64,000 nt of DNA from the NCBI RefSeq assembly GCF_009914755.1, contig NC_060931.1; one strand, 5' to 3'. Position numbers and translations under genes: made by a program. The notes under the pieces are model-generated. The model had not been told where the DNA came from. It saw only the letters and a program-made list of their open reading frames with translations, and searched no databases. Origin of the DNA: the human T2T-CHM13v2.0 reference genome, Homo sapiens. Below are positions 27,778 through 48,454 of this stretch, in pieces. The first letter of the stretch is position 1; every line of letters starts with the position of its first letter.

Positions 27778-28902
27778 TGAGCTCAAATGATCCGCCTTCT
27801 TTGGCCTCCCAAAGTGATGGGATTACAGACTGCCTTCAAGCAAATTCATCAGGCCCATGTTCCTGAATGCCCCAAGGTGAGCAGTAAGGAACAGAAAAAC
27901 ACTTTCCTTCTCCAGAAAATCCCACTCCTGAGCTGATAGGAGGGGATCTCAGAAAGAATCATCACAAAAGACAGGACAAACTAAAGAAGCTGGCAGACTT
28001 TTTTAATTCTTCCCAGTACAAACTGGAACTAGACATGCAGAGAGCCTTCCTAAAGGCAACGCCCAAATCCCACGTGAGGCCAAACTTCTCCCCAGGGAGA
28101 CTGAGAGCCAATGTTCTTATCATAACACTCCTCCCCACAGTGCACCCACAGACAAGGAAGCCTGAGCAGTTGTGGCTGTCACACAACAGATGCAGCGTTC
28201 AGGCCAGAACCTTCCAGGACCTTCCTCTTTGCTGGCCCAACAGCTGCTGCATCTGCCTGGCCTTCGAGGAGCAGCCAGTATGTATGTGGCTGTGTGGAGC
28301 AAGAATGTGCCAAAATAAGCAACCAAGTCAATCAGAGATGGGTTTGGGGCTAAGTTGACATGGTAACAGGACCAGTCACAGGTCTCCCCATGTATGGTGG
28401 GACCACAGAGCCCTATGTCCTCCATTCATTCTTCTCTGGGCAGTTTCTGTCCAGGACAGCTATGGGGCAAATTCCACCTTATCCTTAAGACTCACCACCT
28501 GGGTGTGCGTGGCTCTTGCCCGGCAGCTCATCCAGCTCATCCACCCTGTACTCAGAGATGCTTTTTTCCTCCTGCACAGGCTGTGGGTCCTTTCCCCTAA
28601 CGAATCACTCCAGGTAGTAGCCCACAGTCCTGGCCACAAAGGCCACAGGGTATGTAACTTAAGTAGCATAGGTAAGCATTACGATCCAAAGCACAAGCCA
28701 CACATCATCAGGCAGCCTGGCACAATTTACTGGGAATCCACTCATGCATAGCAATGCAAGAGATCACACCCTGTTTTATGCAACAGTTGGGTACCACAAA
28801 TAATCTGCAGCACAGCCCATACTCCTCTGTCCAGCCCTGGTCTCTACCTGCTGGCTGGGAACAGACATTGCTACTCCTAGCAGCCCACATGGCCTCCTGT
28901 TG

Positions 28903-29370
28903 TTTTTTAATAACAACTACAGTCAGATATATAACTCACATGTACAATTCACCCAATTAAAGTGCACAACTTAATGACTTCAGTATATTCACAGAGCTGT
29001 ACAACCATTACCAAAATCAATTTTACAGTATTTTTATCACCCCAAAAAGAAACACATACCCATCAACAGGCACGCCCCATATTTCCCCCTCCCCACCAGC
29101 TCTAGGTAACCATAAATCTACTTTCTGTCTCTATGAGTTTGCTTATTCCAGATATTTGATATAAATTAAATCATATTAATAAGTGGTCTTTCATGACTGA
29201 CTTCTTTGATCCAGTATAATGTTTTCAAGATATATCCATGTTGTAGCATGTAACAGTACTTCATTATTTTTACTGCTGAATAATATTCCATTGTAAGGAT
29301 ATGCTACATTTTGTTTATTCATCAACTGACATCTGAGTTGTTTCCATCTGGCTGTGATCAACAACGTTGC
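28903..29370 (-). mobile_element. L1MB-type 3' end
   Basis: Antisense L1M 3' UTR motifs (aattcacccaattaaagtgcacaac, catgttgtagcatgtaacagtacttcatt). Confidence 0.78.
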
Positions 29371-31738
29371 TCTTTCAGTTTTAAGTAACAGAAAATACAG
29401 CAGGGCACAGTGGCTAACGCCTATAATCCTAGCACTTTGGGAGGCCACAGCAGGAGGAGTGCTAGAGACCAGGAGTTCAAGACTAGCCTGCGCAACACGG
29501 CAAGACCTCATCTCTACGAAAAAAAAAAAATTTTTTTTTCATTAGCAAGCAAGGCACAGTGGCTCACGCCTGTAATCCCAACACTTTGGCAAACAGAGGC
29601 AGAAGGATCATTTAAGCTCAGGAGTTTGAAACCAGCCTGGGCAACATTACAAGACCACATCTCAACTGAAAATAAAAATTTTAAAAAAATTAGCCAGGCA
29701 TGGTGGAGCACACCTGTGGTCCCAGCTACTCAGAAGGCTGTGGTGGGAGGACTGCTTAAGCCTGGGAGGTCAAGGCTGCAGTAAGCCATGATAATGTCAC
29801 TGTGTTCTAACCTGGGTGAGAGAACCTGTCTCCAAGAAAAAAAAGTGATAGAAAATCCAAATCAACCCTGCTTAAACAAATAACTAAACGTCAAGCAGGC
29901 AGCCTTTGCATAAGACACAGCCTGAGTTAGGGTTTAAATATCACCATCAGGGCCAAGCACGGTGCCTCACGCCTGTTACCTCAGCACTTTGGGAGGCTGA
30001 GGCAAGCAGATCCCTTGAGGTCAGGAGTTTTGAGACCAGCCTGGCCCACATGGTGAAACCCCGTCTCTACAAAAAATACAAAAATTAGCCAGGCGTGGTG
30101 GCATCTGCCAGTAGTCCAGCTACTTGGGAGGCTGAGGCAGGAGAATCACCTGAAACTGGAAGGCAGAAGTTTCAGTGAGCTGAGACCATGCCACCGCACT
30201 CCAGCCTGGATGACACAGTGAGACTCTAAAATAAATAAATTAAATTAAATAAATAAATATCACCATCAGGATTGAGTTTCTAACTCTTGGCAAGGCTCAG
30301 TTCTCTGTTCATTTTCAGGATCTGCATGGTGACAAAATGGCTTCAATACCTCTATTTCACATCCTCTCCATTGAAGCTTATAGGAGAAAGCAAGAGCCTC
30401 TCCCAAATCCTCATGCAAAGGCCCTAAGATTAGCTCTGGGTGGGCTCTCCAACTGAAAAGTGGAAGGCACTAAGTAAAATAGGCCGTGCTCCATCCTGGA
30501 GCATGAAGGAAACTAGAGAGAAACCCAAACAATGTGAACCAAAAATGGACAAGAGATAATCCCTATACAAAAACTGAGGCCCATTTCGACTAGGATAAAT
30601 GGAATCTGGGCAGCTGAAAAAATTTTTAAGCCCAGTTTAGAGTGTTGTGACAATTAAACCTGATAAATGCATATTAAAGTATGTAGCAGAATGCCCAATA
30701 CACAATAAATACTTAATAAATGTTACTCACTATATTAGCTATTTTTTGTAGCTAATATAGTGAGTAATTTAGATAAACCCATGAAATTTGATAGTTTGGG
30801 GCAAAAAAAGACAATTTCACACAGTTCAACATCATACATACTCAGCTTAAAATTAAGGCAAGTACAACCTGTATTTGCTTTTTCATAGTGAAATGTAAGT
30901 CTGCATCTCTATTAGATATATTAAATACCCAAAAGAAGGAACAGTTATTTCCAAAATTTTCAAAACCTTGGGTTAAAAATGCAAGTATCTCTTCTTTAAC
31001 AGAGATTTCTCTGGTCCTGTGGAAGATACATGATAGAGGCAAAATATGAGAAATGAAAGACCCTGAGACAGCTAGTACTCCCAAAGCATCTGCTACCCTA
31101 ACAACACTATGGTAAAGGCCTTATGTGTATCCACCTTCTCCTTTATCAGCTAAAGCTCCCAACTAAGACTATTAAATCTTTTCATAGTAAACCATCACTT
31201 GATTTTTTTAGGTAAACACTAATTTTTTTTTTTTTTTTGAGACGGAGTCTCGCTCTGTCGCCCAGGCTGGAGTGCAGTGGTGCGATCTCGGCCTCACTGC
31301 AAGCTCCGCCTCCCAGGTTCATGCCATTCTCCTGCCTCAGCCTCCCGGGTAGCTGGGACTACAGGCGCCCACCACCACGCCTGGCTAATTTTTTGTATTT
31401 TGTTTAGTAGAGATGGGGTTTCACTGTGTTAGCCAGGATGGTCTCGATCTCCTGACCTTGTGATCCGCCTGCCTCGGCCTCCCAAAGTGCTGCGATTACA
31501 GGCGTGAGCCACTGCGCCCAGCCAAATAACACTAATTTTTTAAAAAACTGCTGGAGTCCTCCATTCCTTTCATCATGTCTTAGTCTCCTCCCTGTCCCTT
31601 TATTTTAGTTTGAAATTACAAACCTAAATAGAGATGACCTGCTATAAACAATAAATATCTCTTCACTATTTCTAGATCTGATGTAATACCAGCCGAGATT
31701 GGTGGATCACCTGAGGTCAGGAGTTCAGAACCAGCCTA

Positions 31739-31927
<189 letters not shown>

Positions 31928-32208
31928 TCAAAAAACAAAAAAAACAATAACAAAACAAAACAAAAAAAAAGATTCAAAGATAAATGAGGCTTTGGAGAAA
32001 TGGGAACTATCAAATCTCTGGTAAATAAGATAGCCTTTGCCCATACAGGGGAAGCACAACTGATCCTTGAACAACGCAGGGATTAGGGAAGCCACCCCCA
32101 TCTCTGCACAGTCAAAAATCCACATACAGGCCAGGCACAGTGGCTCACGCCTATAATCCCAGCACTTTGGGAGGCTGAGGTGGGTGGATCACAAAGGTCA
32201 AGAGATCA

Positions 32209-32513
<305 letters not shown>

Positions 32514-32925
32514 TTATATGTATTATACACAATATTCCTACAATAAAACAAGATAAACAAAAGAAAACTTTATTAAGAAAATCATAAGGGGCCATGCATG
32601 GTGGCTCACACCTATAATCCCAGCACTTTGGAAGGCTGAAGCAAGTGGATCACTTGAGCTCAGGAGTTCAAAACCAGCCTGGACAACATGACGAAACTCA
32701 GTCTCTATTAAAAACACAAAAATTAGCCGGGCATGGTGGTTCTTGCCTGCCGTGTCAGTTACTTGGGGATCTGAGGTGGGAGGATCACCTGAGCCCGGGA
32801 GGCAAAGGTTGCAGTAGGACGAGGTCATGCCACTGCACTCTAGCCTGGGCAACAGAACAAGAGACCCTGTCACAAAAAAGAAAAGAAAGAAAAAATCATA
32901 AGGAAGAGAAAATATATTTACTATT

Positions 32926-33651
<726 letters not shown>

Positions 33652-33987
33652 CTATTTATTAAGTGGATCATCATAAAGGTCTCCATGCTTATCAACTTCA
33701 CAGTAAAAAAGACGTCAAAAGCAGTCTTCAATAATCAGAACGCCTCTGCTTAATTGTCTAACGTCAATTTGTTTTATGGCACTGCTGCTGCTATGTCATC
33801 TTCCTCATCGTCTGGCAGTGGTATGGAAGCACTCATTTCCATCAAGTCATCTGATAATTCCTGTGGTGTGATGTCTACTGGCTCTTGAATTTCTCACAAT
33901 CCACATCTGGAAACCGTTCATCCTTCCAACCCCCACCTTTTTTGCCATATCTACAATCTGTTTCATGATTTCCTTGACTATAAATCT

Positions 33988-38400
<4,413 letters not shown>

Positions 38401-38578
38401 AAATCCTTTGAAGTCATGCACATCTGGACAGTCTTCTCCAGCAGGAATTTGTTTCAAGCCTGATGGTTTTCATTGCTTTTTCTGTAACAACAATGGTATC
38501 TTCAGTGGTACAACCCAGACATTCATGATGGTCTCTCTATTGAGTTCTCTTCTGCTGCACTGAAAAGCCTTTCCATAG

Positions 38579-38749
<171 letters not shown>

Positions 38750-39390
38750 TAGCTAATTTTTTTTGTATTTTTAGTAGAGACGGGGTTTCACTATGTTGGC
38801 CAGGCTGGTCTCAAACTCCTGATCTCGTGATCCGCCTGCCTCGGCCTCCCAAAGTGCTGGGGTTACAGGGGAGAGCCACCGCGCCTGGCCGAGTCTTAAA
38901 GGTCCTTAAGGCTCCCTGATGTAGAAGCTAAATTAGAGACATTGTGTTTGGGGGCAAGTAAACTACTTCCACACCTTCTGTGCTGAACCCCTGGGGTTCT
39001 GGATGGTCAGGGGCATTGTCCAAAATCAAAAGAACTTTAAAAGGCAATCTCTCACTGGCTAGGTATTTCCTGACTCCAGGGACAAAGCATCAATGGAATC
39101 AATCCAAAAAAGGGTTCTCATTGTCCAGGACTTCTTGTACAACCAAAGGACTGGCAGCCAGTATTTCTCTTATCCCTTCAAGGTTCAAGGTTAGCAGCTT
39201 TACAGACAAGGGCAGTCCTGATCATAAACCTGACTACATTTGCACAAAAGAGTAGAGTTAGCCCATCCCTTCCTGCCTTAAATCCTGGTGCTTACTTCTT
39301 TTCCTTACAAATTGGATTAATGTCCTCTATGGCAATTTTTTTCCAGAATGGGGCACTTCCATCTAATGGGGCACTTCCATCTGGCATTTA

Positions 39391-39525
<135 letters not shown>

Positions 39526-40419
39526 TTAGCCAGGTGTGGTGGCGGGTGCCTGTAATCCAAGCTACTCAGGAGGCTGAGGCAGGAGAATCGCTTGAACCCA
39601 GGAGGCGGAGATTGCAGTGAGCCGAGATTGCACCATTGCATTTCCAGCCTGGGCAACAAGAGCGAAATTCTGTCTCAAAAAAAAAAAAAAAAAAAAAATT
39701 ATATATATATATATATTTAGGCCAGGTGCAATGGCTCTCACATCTGTAATCCCAACACTCTGGGAGGTCAAGGCAGGAGAATCGAAGACGAGCCTGGGCA
39801 ACACAGGGAGACTGAGTCTCCACAAAATGATTTAAAAATTAGCTGGGCGTGGTGGCGTGTACCTGCAGTCTCAGCTACTCGGGGGACTGAGATGGGAGGA
39901 TCATGTGAGCTTAGTAGGTCAGGGCTGGAGTGAGTCATCATGCCACTTCACTCCGGCCTGGGAGAACAAAACTCTATCTTTTAATTTAAAAAAACAAAAA
40001 ACAGAAACTATTCAGGCAGATAGCCTTTCTCCTCAATGATTTTATTTCTTCCTTTTTTTTTTTTAGACGGAGTCTCGCTTTGTTGACAGGCTGGAGTGCA
40101 TGGCGCGATCTCGGCTCACTGCAACCGCTGCCTCCAGGGTTCAAGTGATTCTCCTGCCTCAGCCTCCCAAGTAGCTGCGACTACAGGCGCACGCTACCAC
40201 GCCCAGCTAATCTTTGTATTTTTAGTAGAGACAGGGTTTCATGATGTTGGACAGGATAGTCTTGATCTCTTGACCTTGTGATCCGCCCACCTCGGCCTCC
40301 CAAAGTGCTGGGATTTCAGGCATGAGCCACCGCACCCGGCCTAATGATTTTCTTAATGGTGTCTGGGAACTCATACGCTGCCACTTGGTGGCTTCTCCTG
40401 CTATCTCCTCATTTCTTAA

Positions 40420-40788
<369 letters not shown>

Positions 40789-42965
40789 TGACCTCGTGAT
40801 CCGCCCGCCTCAGCCTCCCAAAGTGCTGGGATTACAGGCGTGAGCCACCAGGCCCAGCCAGGTATGCCTTTCTTATTGCAATCCTGCACCCACATAAAAG
40901 CTGCATTTTCAATACAAGATAAAAGAATATTTCACAAGAAGTGTGAGATTTTCATGCATGCTGGTATAGCTGCAACAATGGCTTCATGAATTTCCTTTCC
41001 TTTTTTTCACTATAGTCATGTATGCTGAATTCATTTATCTTTAAATGGCAGGCAAACATAGAATGCACTCATTCTAAGATGCATATCAAGCAATTTGACT
41101 TTTTCTTGTAACATCATGACATTTCTCTCCTTCCTGGGAGCACTTCCAGTATCACTAGTGTCACTCCGTGAGTCCCATGGTGTTATTCAAAGTTTACAGA
41201 CTTGCACTAAACACAGTGAAATATATGTAAGAAAAATATGAGATCACCTTTTTTTTTGTTTTTTTTTTTGTTTGTTTGTTTGTTTTAGGATAGTCTCGAA
41301 CTCCTGAGCTCAAATGCTCCTCCCACCTGGGTGTCCCAAAGTGCTGGTATTACAGGTATGAGCCACCACACCTGGCAGAGATCACTTTTTACCAAGATAC
41401 GCAATTTACTGGAGACAAGCTACCCACATGGAGATAACTGGCATCACAGGGCTTTGTTTTGTTTTGTTTTTGAGACAGGTTCCGGCTCTGTCACCCAGGC
41501 TGGAGTGCACTGGCATGATATTGGCTCACCGCAACCTCGGCCTCCTGGGGTCAAGCAATCCTCCCGCCTCAGCCTCCTGAGTAGCTGGGACTATAGGCAC
41601 GCACCACTACACCCAGTTAATTTTTGTATTTTTTATAGAGACGGGGTCTCACCGTGTTGCCCAGGCTGGTCTCCAACTCCTTGGCTCAAGCAATCCACCC
41701 ACCTCAGCCTCCCAAAGAGCTGGGATTACTGGCATGAGTGACCACACCTGGCCAGTTACAGGGCATCACAGGGATACTTCCAACACTTGAGCTCACTGCA
41801 AAAGCAACAGGAGGTAGCTACAAAGTTATTACAGCAGTATGGCATATACTACAGTTAATTCCATGCAGTTATGATTTAACACTGCACCTTTATGTTTGCA
41901 CTTCTCTTGACTGCAAATAGTGCCGTGTACAGTCTGTACACACACATTTTGTGTACATTTCATGTTGGTAAATGATAAAACAGGCTAGCATCTACAAATA
42001 TTTTAAGCATTCATGACATACCTTTTTAATGTTTTTAAATATTTCTAGGGTACATAGTTCAAGTTTTTTCAAACTGCAGAAAATCTCCAAAAAATTTACC
42101 AATATATTTATTGAAAAAAATTTCCACAGGACAAACACATGTTGTTGATAGCCAAACTGTATACGCTTTTCAGTAATGGGATTTAAAACTTAAGGAGAGT
42201 AGAGTTACAAAGCTTAGAATCATCTAAAGTGTACATTTAACTGATCACAAAGAAGAGGCAGTGGGCATCAGTGGAGCCAAGGAAAAGAGGAAATTATTTC
42301 TATTACTGGTCATGCCTACAGGGTGTTAGTTACTATAAAGAATATTTAAAGACAACCTTGTAGCTACTGAAAAATAAAATAAAAAAAGTTTTTAAAGCTA
42401 AAGTAAAAAACATGGCCTTATTGCTTTTTTAGAAAAACTGTTTTCCTGTATTCTAAGATTTTCTATATAAAGCATCTTCCATCCCACTCTCATAGATGCA
42501 CATGATAAAACCGTGCAGGTCCATGTGACCTGTTAAGGGTCTCTTCAGAGAAAAAAAATTTTTACTTTTTACTTTTCCTCCCAGCAAAGGAAGGAGTTAA
42601 AAGTAAGGTTCTTACAATAATCTCTCTTTGAGGACTAGAAACTATTTTCTGTATCAGTCCCAGAAGGGCTTGTCATCCTGCAGCTTAATGGTAGTACAAA
42701 AGACCACTGAATCAGCATCCAGGGCTCTAATCCAGCATTCTAAACTGGCTAAGGCACTAAAAAGATAAGTGACTTTCATCAAGAGCCACGCTCTGCTGGC
42801 CACGGCGGCTCAAGCCTGTAATCCCAGCACTTAAGGAGGCCAGGGTTGGTGGATCACTTGAGGTAAGGAGTTCAAGACCAGCCTGCCAACATGATGAAAC
42901 CCCGTCTCTACTAAAAATACAAAAAATTAGCCAGGCATGGTGGCGCATGCCTGTAATCCCATCTA

Positions 42966-43073
<108 letters not shown>

Positions 43074-43156
43074 TCAAAAAAAAAAAAAAAAAAAAGACTC
43101 AGGCTCCTTCAGTCCTTCATTTTTCCCTCAGTGAAAACATGGAATGGTTTAGGGCA

Positions 43157-43313
43157 ATGGACTTCAAACTGTGTTCTTCAAAGCTGCCTTGGGGAGCACC
43201 CCAATGGACAAGGGGAAGGCCAGGCGGCAAGGACCAAGCTCTCACCTGCCAATTCTCTCAGAGTAGAGCCACCTTTTCCGCTTTATACATAATAGAGTTC
43301 TACACAAGATTTA

Positions 43314-43354
<41 letters not shown>

Positions 43355-43698
43355 GAGATAGAGTCTCACTCTGTTGCCCAGGCTGCAGTGAAATGGCACA
43401 ATCTCAGCTCACTGCCACCTCCACCTGCTGGGTTCAAGCAATTCTCCTGCCTCAGCCTCCCGAGTAGCTGAGATTACAGGAGCATGCAACCAGGCCCAGC
43501 TAATTTTTTGTATTTTTACTACAGACAGGGCTTCATCACGCTGGCCAGGCTGGTATCGAACTCCTGACCTCAAGTGATTCACCCACCTTGGCCTCTCAAA
43601 GTGTTGAGAATACAGGCATGAGCCACTGTGCCCGGCCTACACAAGATTTTATTTCACAAAGCATTCTGCTACTACAAAGTAAGGCTGAAAAACATTGA
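43157..43698. mobile_element. MER112-like hAT-Charlie element (Alu inserted at about 43310-43637)
   Basis: Termini caatggacttcaaac ... gaaaaacattg. The Alu is flanked by the TSD ctacacaagatttt. Confidence 0.55.
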
Positions 43699-43887
43699 TC
43701 CAGGTGCTCTGTAAAGTCCAGGCCACTCCACACATTTTCAGACCCACAGCTATACACGATGTATTTCATCTGTGAAAGATGTAGTCAATTTTACATTAAT
43801 TCTGCAATTAACATTCAGTAACATCTTATTTTAGGATAAAATACATCATGCCCAATCCCCCCAAAAAACTATCAATAGGATATTCTA

Positions 43888-44067
<180 letters not shown>

Positions 44068-44110
44068 TTAGCCAGGCGTGGTGGCGCATGCCTGTAATCC
44101 CAGCTACTCA

Positions 44111-44215
<105 letters not shown>

Positions 44216-44217
44216 TC

Positions 44218-44220
<3 letters not shown>

Positions 44221-44250
<30 letters not shown>
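44221..44250 (+). repeat. (CAA)10 Alu-tail microsatellite
   Basis: Direct reading of the sequence. Confidence 0.95.
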
Positions 44251-44740
44251 AAGTGACCAAAGTAGCTAGCTGGCATCAAACACAGTGGCAACCTTTGTAC
44301 CCTGGATGTTAGAAGTAATGACAGCACCTGGTGACCAAATGAAGCACCCAGCCACAAAAGTAGGACTGCCAAGTGCCAGGAATTTCTTTTAAGTAAATTA
44401 TCCATCTTATCTCTACTACATCTCAATGAAACTTCGGCTTCCTGGGGATGTTTATTCCTAGCTTACAGTCTTTCCTTACCCTTTCTCCCACCCTATCTAC
44501 TAAACCTGCCCAACACACACAGTCCATCCAGAGACACATCTAAATTTCAGGAGTTTGGGGGATACAGGTACCCACACTATATGTTCACAAAGTTGAATGA
44601 CAGTTGTATGTTACAACATACCCAAGTTTAATGCATTCAATCATGTCATCTAGATGCTCCTTCTTATTCCTATCCTTTTAGGCTCCATATTCTAAGACTG
44701 ATTTGAAAATTATAATGCCGAAAAATATTTACATTAATAA

Positions 44741-44974
<234 letters not shown>

Positions 44975-45577
44975 TGACTAATTTTTTGTATTTTAGTAGA
45001 GACAGGGTTTTACCATGTTGCCCAGGCTGGTCTTGAACTCCTGACCTCAGGCAATCCACCCGCTTAGGCCTCTGAAAGTGCTAGGATTACAGGCATGATC
45101 TACTGCGCCCGGCCGGATTATTAATTTTAAACTTACTAGCAAAGCTTTAACTAGAAAGATGTCTATGTGGAGCGTAATTCAAACATCAGTAACAAAACAT
45201 GGACATATACATTTTGTAGGATTTATCTAGTGAGGCTAAGAATTCAACATAAAGTATTATATATGCCCAAATGTAAGTCAAGGTATTTTCTCAAACAGTA
45301 TCCCTCAAAAAAGTAGTTTCGATCAGGCATGGTGGCTCACGTCTGTAATCCCAGCACTCTGGGAGCCCAAGGTGAATGGAACACTTGAGGCCAGGAGTTC
45401 AAGACCAGCCTGGCCAACATGGCAAAACCCCATCTCTACGAAAAATACAAAAATCAACCAGGCATGGTGGCATGTGCCTGTAATCCCAGCTACTCGGGAA
45501 CATGGTGAAAAAAAAAAATCAAGTTAGTCATTAAATTCTGACAGTAATAAATGTAATTTGCAGAAAATAAATTTTTA

Positions 45578-45781
<204 letters not shown>

Positions 45782-46115
45782 CTACAAAAAAAAAAAAAAA
45801 AAAACACTAGTCAGGTATGGTAGGTAGTGCATGCCTGTAGTCCCAGCTACTTGGGGGCCTGAGGTGGGAGGATCACTAGAGTCCAGGAGGTCAAGGCTGC
45901 AGAGTGAGACCCTGTCTCAAAAAAAGAAAAAGAAATGCTATAATGCTAACTGTTTAGACTGTGGGAAATATGATGTTCTCTCTCTCTACCATCTCCACAG
46001 CTTTGCTGTAAATTTACAGTTCTAAAAACATAATTAAAAAATATGTTCCCTGGGCCGGGCACAGTGGCTCACACTTATAATTCCAGCACTTTGGGAGGCC
46101 CAGGCAGGCAGATCA

Positions 46116-46399
<284 letters not shown>

Positions 46400-46936
46400 T
46401 TATAATGATAATAGTCATTGCTGTTGCAAATCTGAAATGTCTACATAAAACAGCTTCATAAAACAAGAGTGGAAAAGCAGTATTTCTAAATTAATGTAAA
46501 ATTTTATTTGTGAATTGAAAAATATTTGTAACTAACTTAAGAAATTAAATATCATAAGTAGACATTTGACTATTTCATGTATATCCATAAAGTTTACATG
46601 CTCAAATTGTCATAAAATTTAATCTTCTCACTGGGGAATGAGGAAACTTAGAATTAGGGCTGCCTTATACTGAGCTATATAAAGCATAATACAAACTATG
46701 AAAGGTTCCTTTGGAGACATACACAACAACCAAATAAAGCACCCCAACCCAAACAAAGGAAAGAAAAAACTCTCTGAGCACTAACTATTCACACAAGTTG
46801 TACTATAGCACCAGAAGATTCCATCAAGTTGCTCTACCTTCACCTTTGGTTGGTGGTCATGCGCCTAGAATTAAAAAAGCCTATAAGCTTAAGAATCTGG
46901 CAACTCCAGGTAATGATTTTTTTTAATATTGCCTTA

Positions 46937-47155
<219 letters not shown>

Positions 47156-47158
47156 TCA

Positions 47159-47287
<129 letters not shown>

Positions 47288-48232
47288 TCAAAAAAAATCT
47301 GTGGGTCCTATTGGACCTGTAATACAAACAGAGCAAGACAAAACTCTCTCTAATCCTTAGTTCCAACATAGATAATACTACCCACCTATACCAACTAATG
47401 AAATAATGATAAATTATTTATAAACTGTCAAGATCAGAAAAAAGATACTAATGCTAATGATATCTGAAGGCCATCAACGATAAACAAACGTAATAAATTT
47501 TTCTCAAATCTCATTCTCCTTAGACTTCTCTCCCTCAACCGGTTTATCCTTTAACTTTCCTTCCTTTACTTTGCCACAAAAAAAAAAAATTTTTTTTCTT
47601 TTCCTTTTTTTTTTTTTTTTGAAACAAAGTCTCACTCTGTTGCCCAGGATGGAGTGCAGCGGCATGATCTTGGCTCACTTCAACCTCCACCTCCCAGATT
47701 CAAGTGATTCTCATGCCTCAGCCTCCCTATGAACTGGGATTACAGGCGTGCACCACCACATCCAGCTGATTTTTGTATTTTTAATAGACATGGGGTTTCG
47801 TCATGTTGGCCAGGCTGGTCTCGAACTCCTGGCCTCAAGTGATCCGCTCGCTTCGGCCTCCCAAAGTGCTGGGATTACAGATGTGGGCCACCGCGCCTGG
47901 CTCACAAAAGACATTTTCTAAATTTCAGACCAAGCCCTCTTCTCTCCACCATCCTCTTTCCTGCAGTAAGCTGACCTTACTGTCGTAAGTGCTTTAAATG
48001 TCTCCTTGAAGTCCCAGCTTCCCACCTGCCCATCAGCTCCCTGTACCATACTTCCTTTTCGGTTCTAGTCACTTTCAACTTGGTTATGCCTAAAACAAAG
48101 TCTCCCTCATCTCCAAACAATTTCTCCCGACTTTCTTTCTTTTTTGAGATGGAGTCTTGCTCTGTCGCCCACGCTGGAGTGCAGTGGCATGATCTTGGCT
48201 CCCTGCAACGTCTACCTCTTGTGTTCAATTGA

Positions 48233-48454
<222 letters not shown>

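Noticed and set aside
45137-45150. 14-nt minus-strand exon-like match (ctttctAG|TTAAAGCTTTGCTA|GTAAGT)
   Set aside because: Short pyrimidine tract, frame-shifting and next to an Alu; it shows that such patterns can arise by chance.
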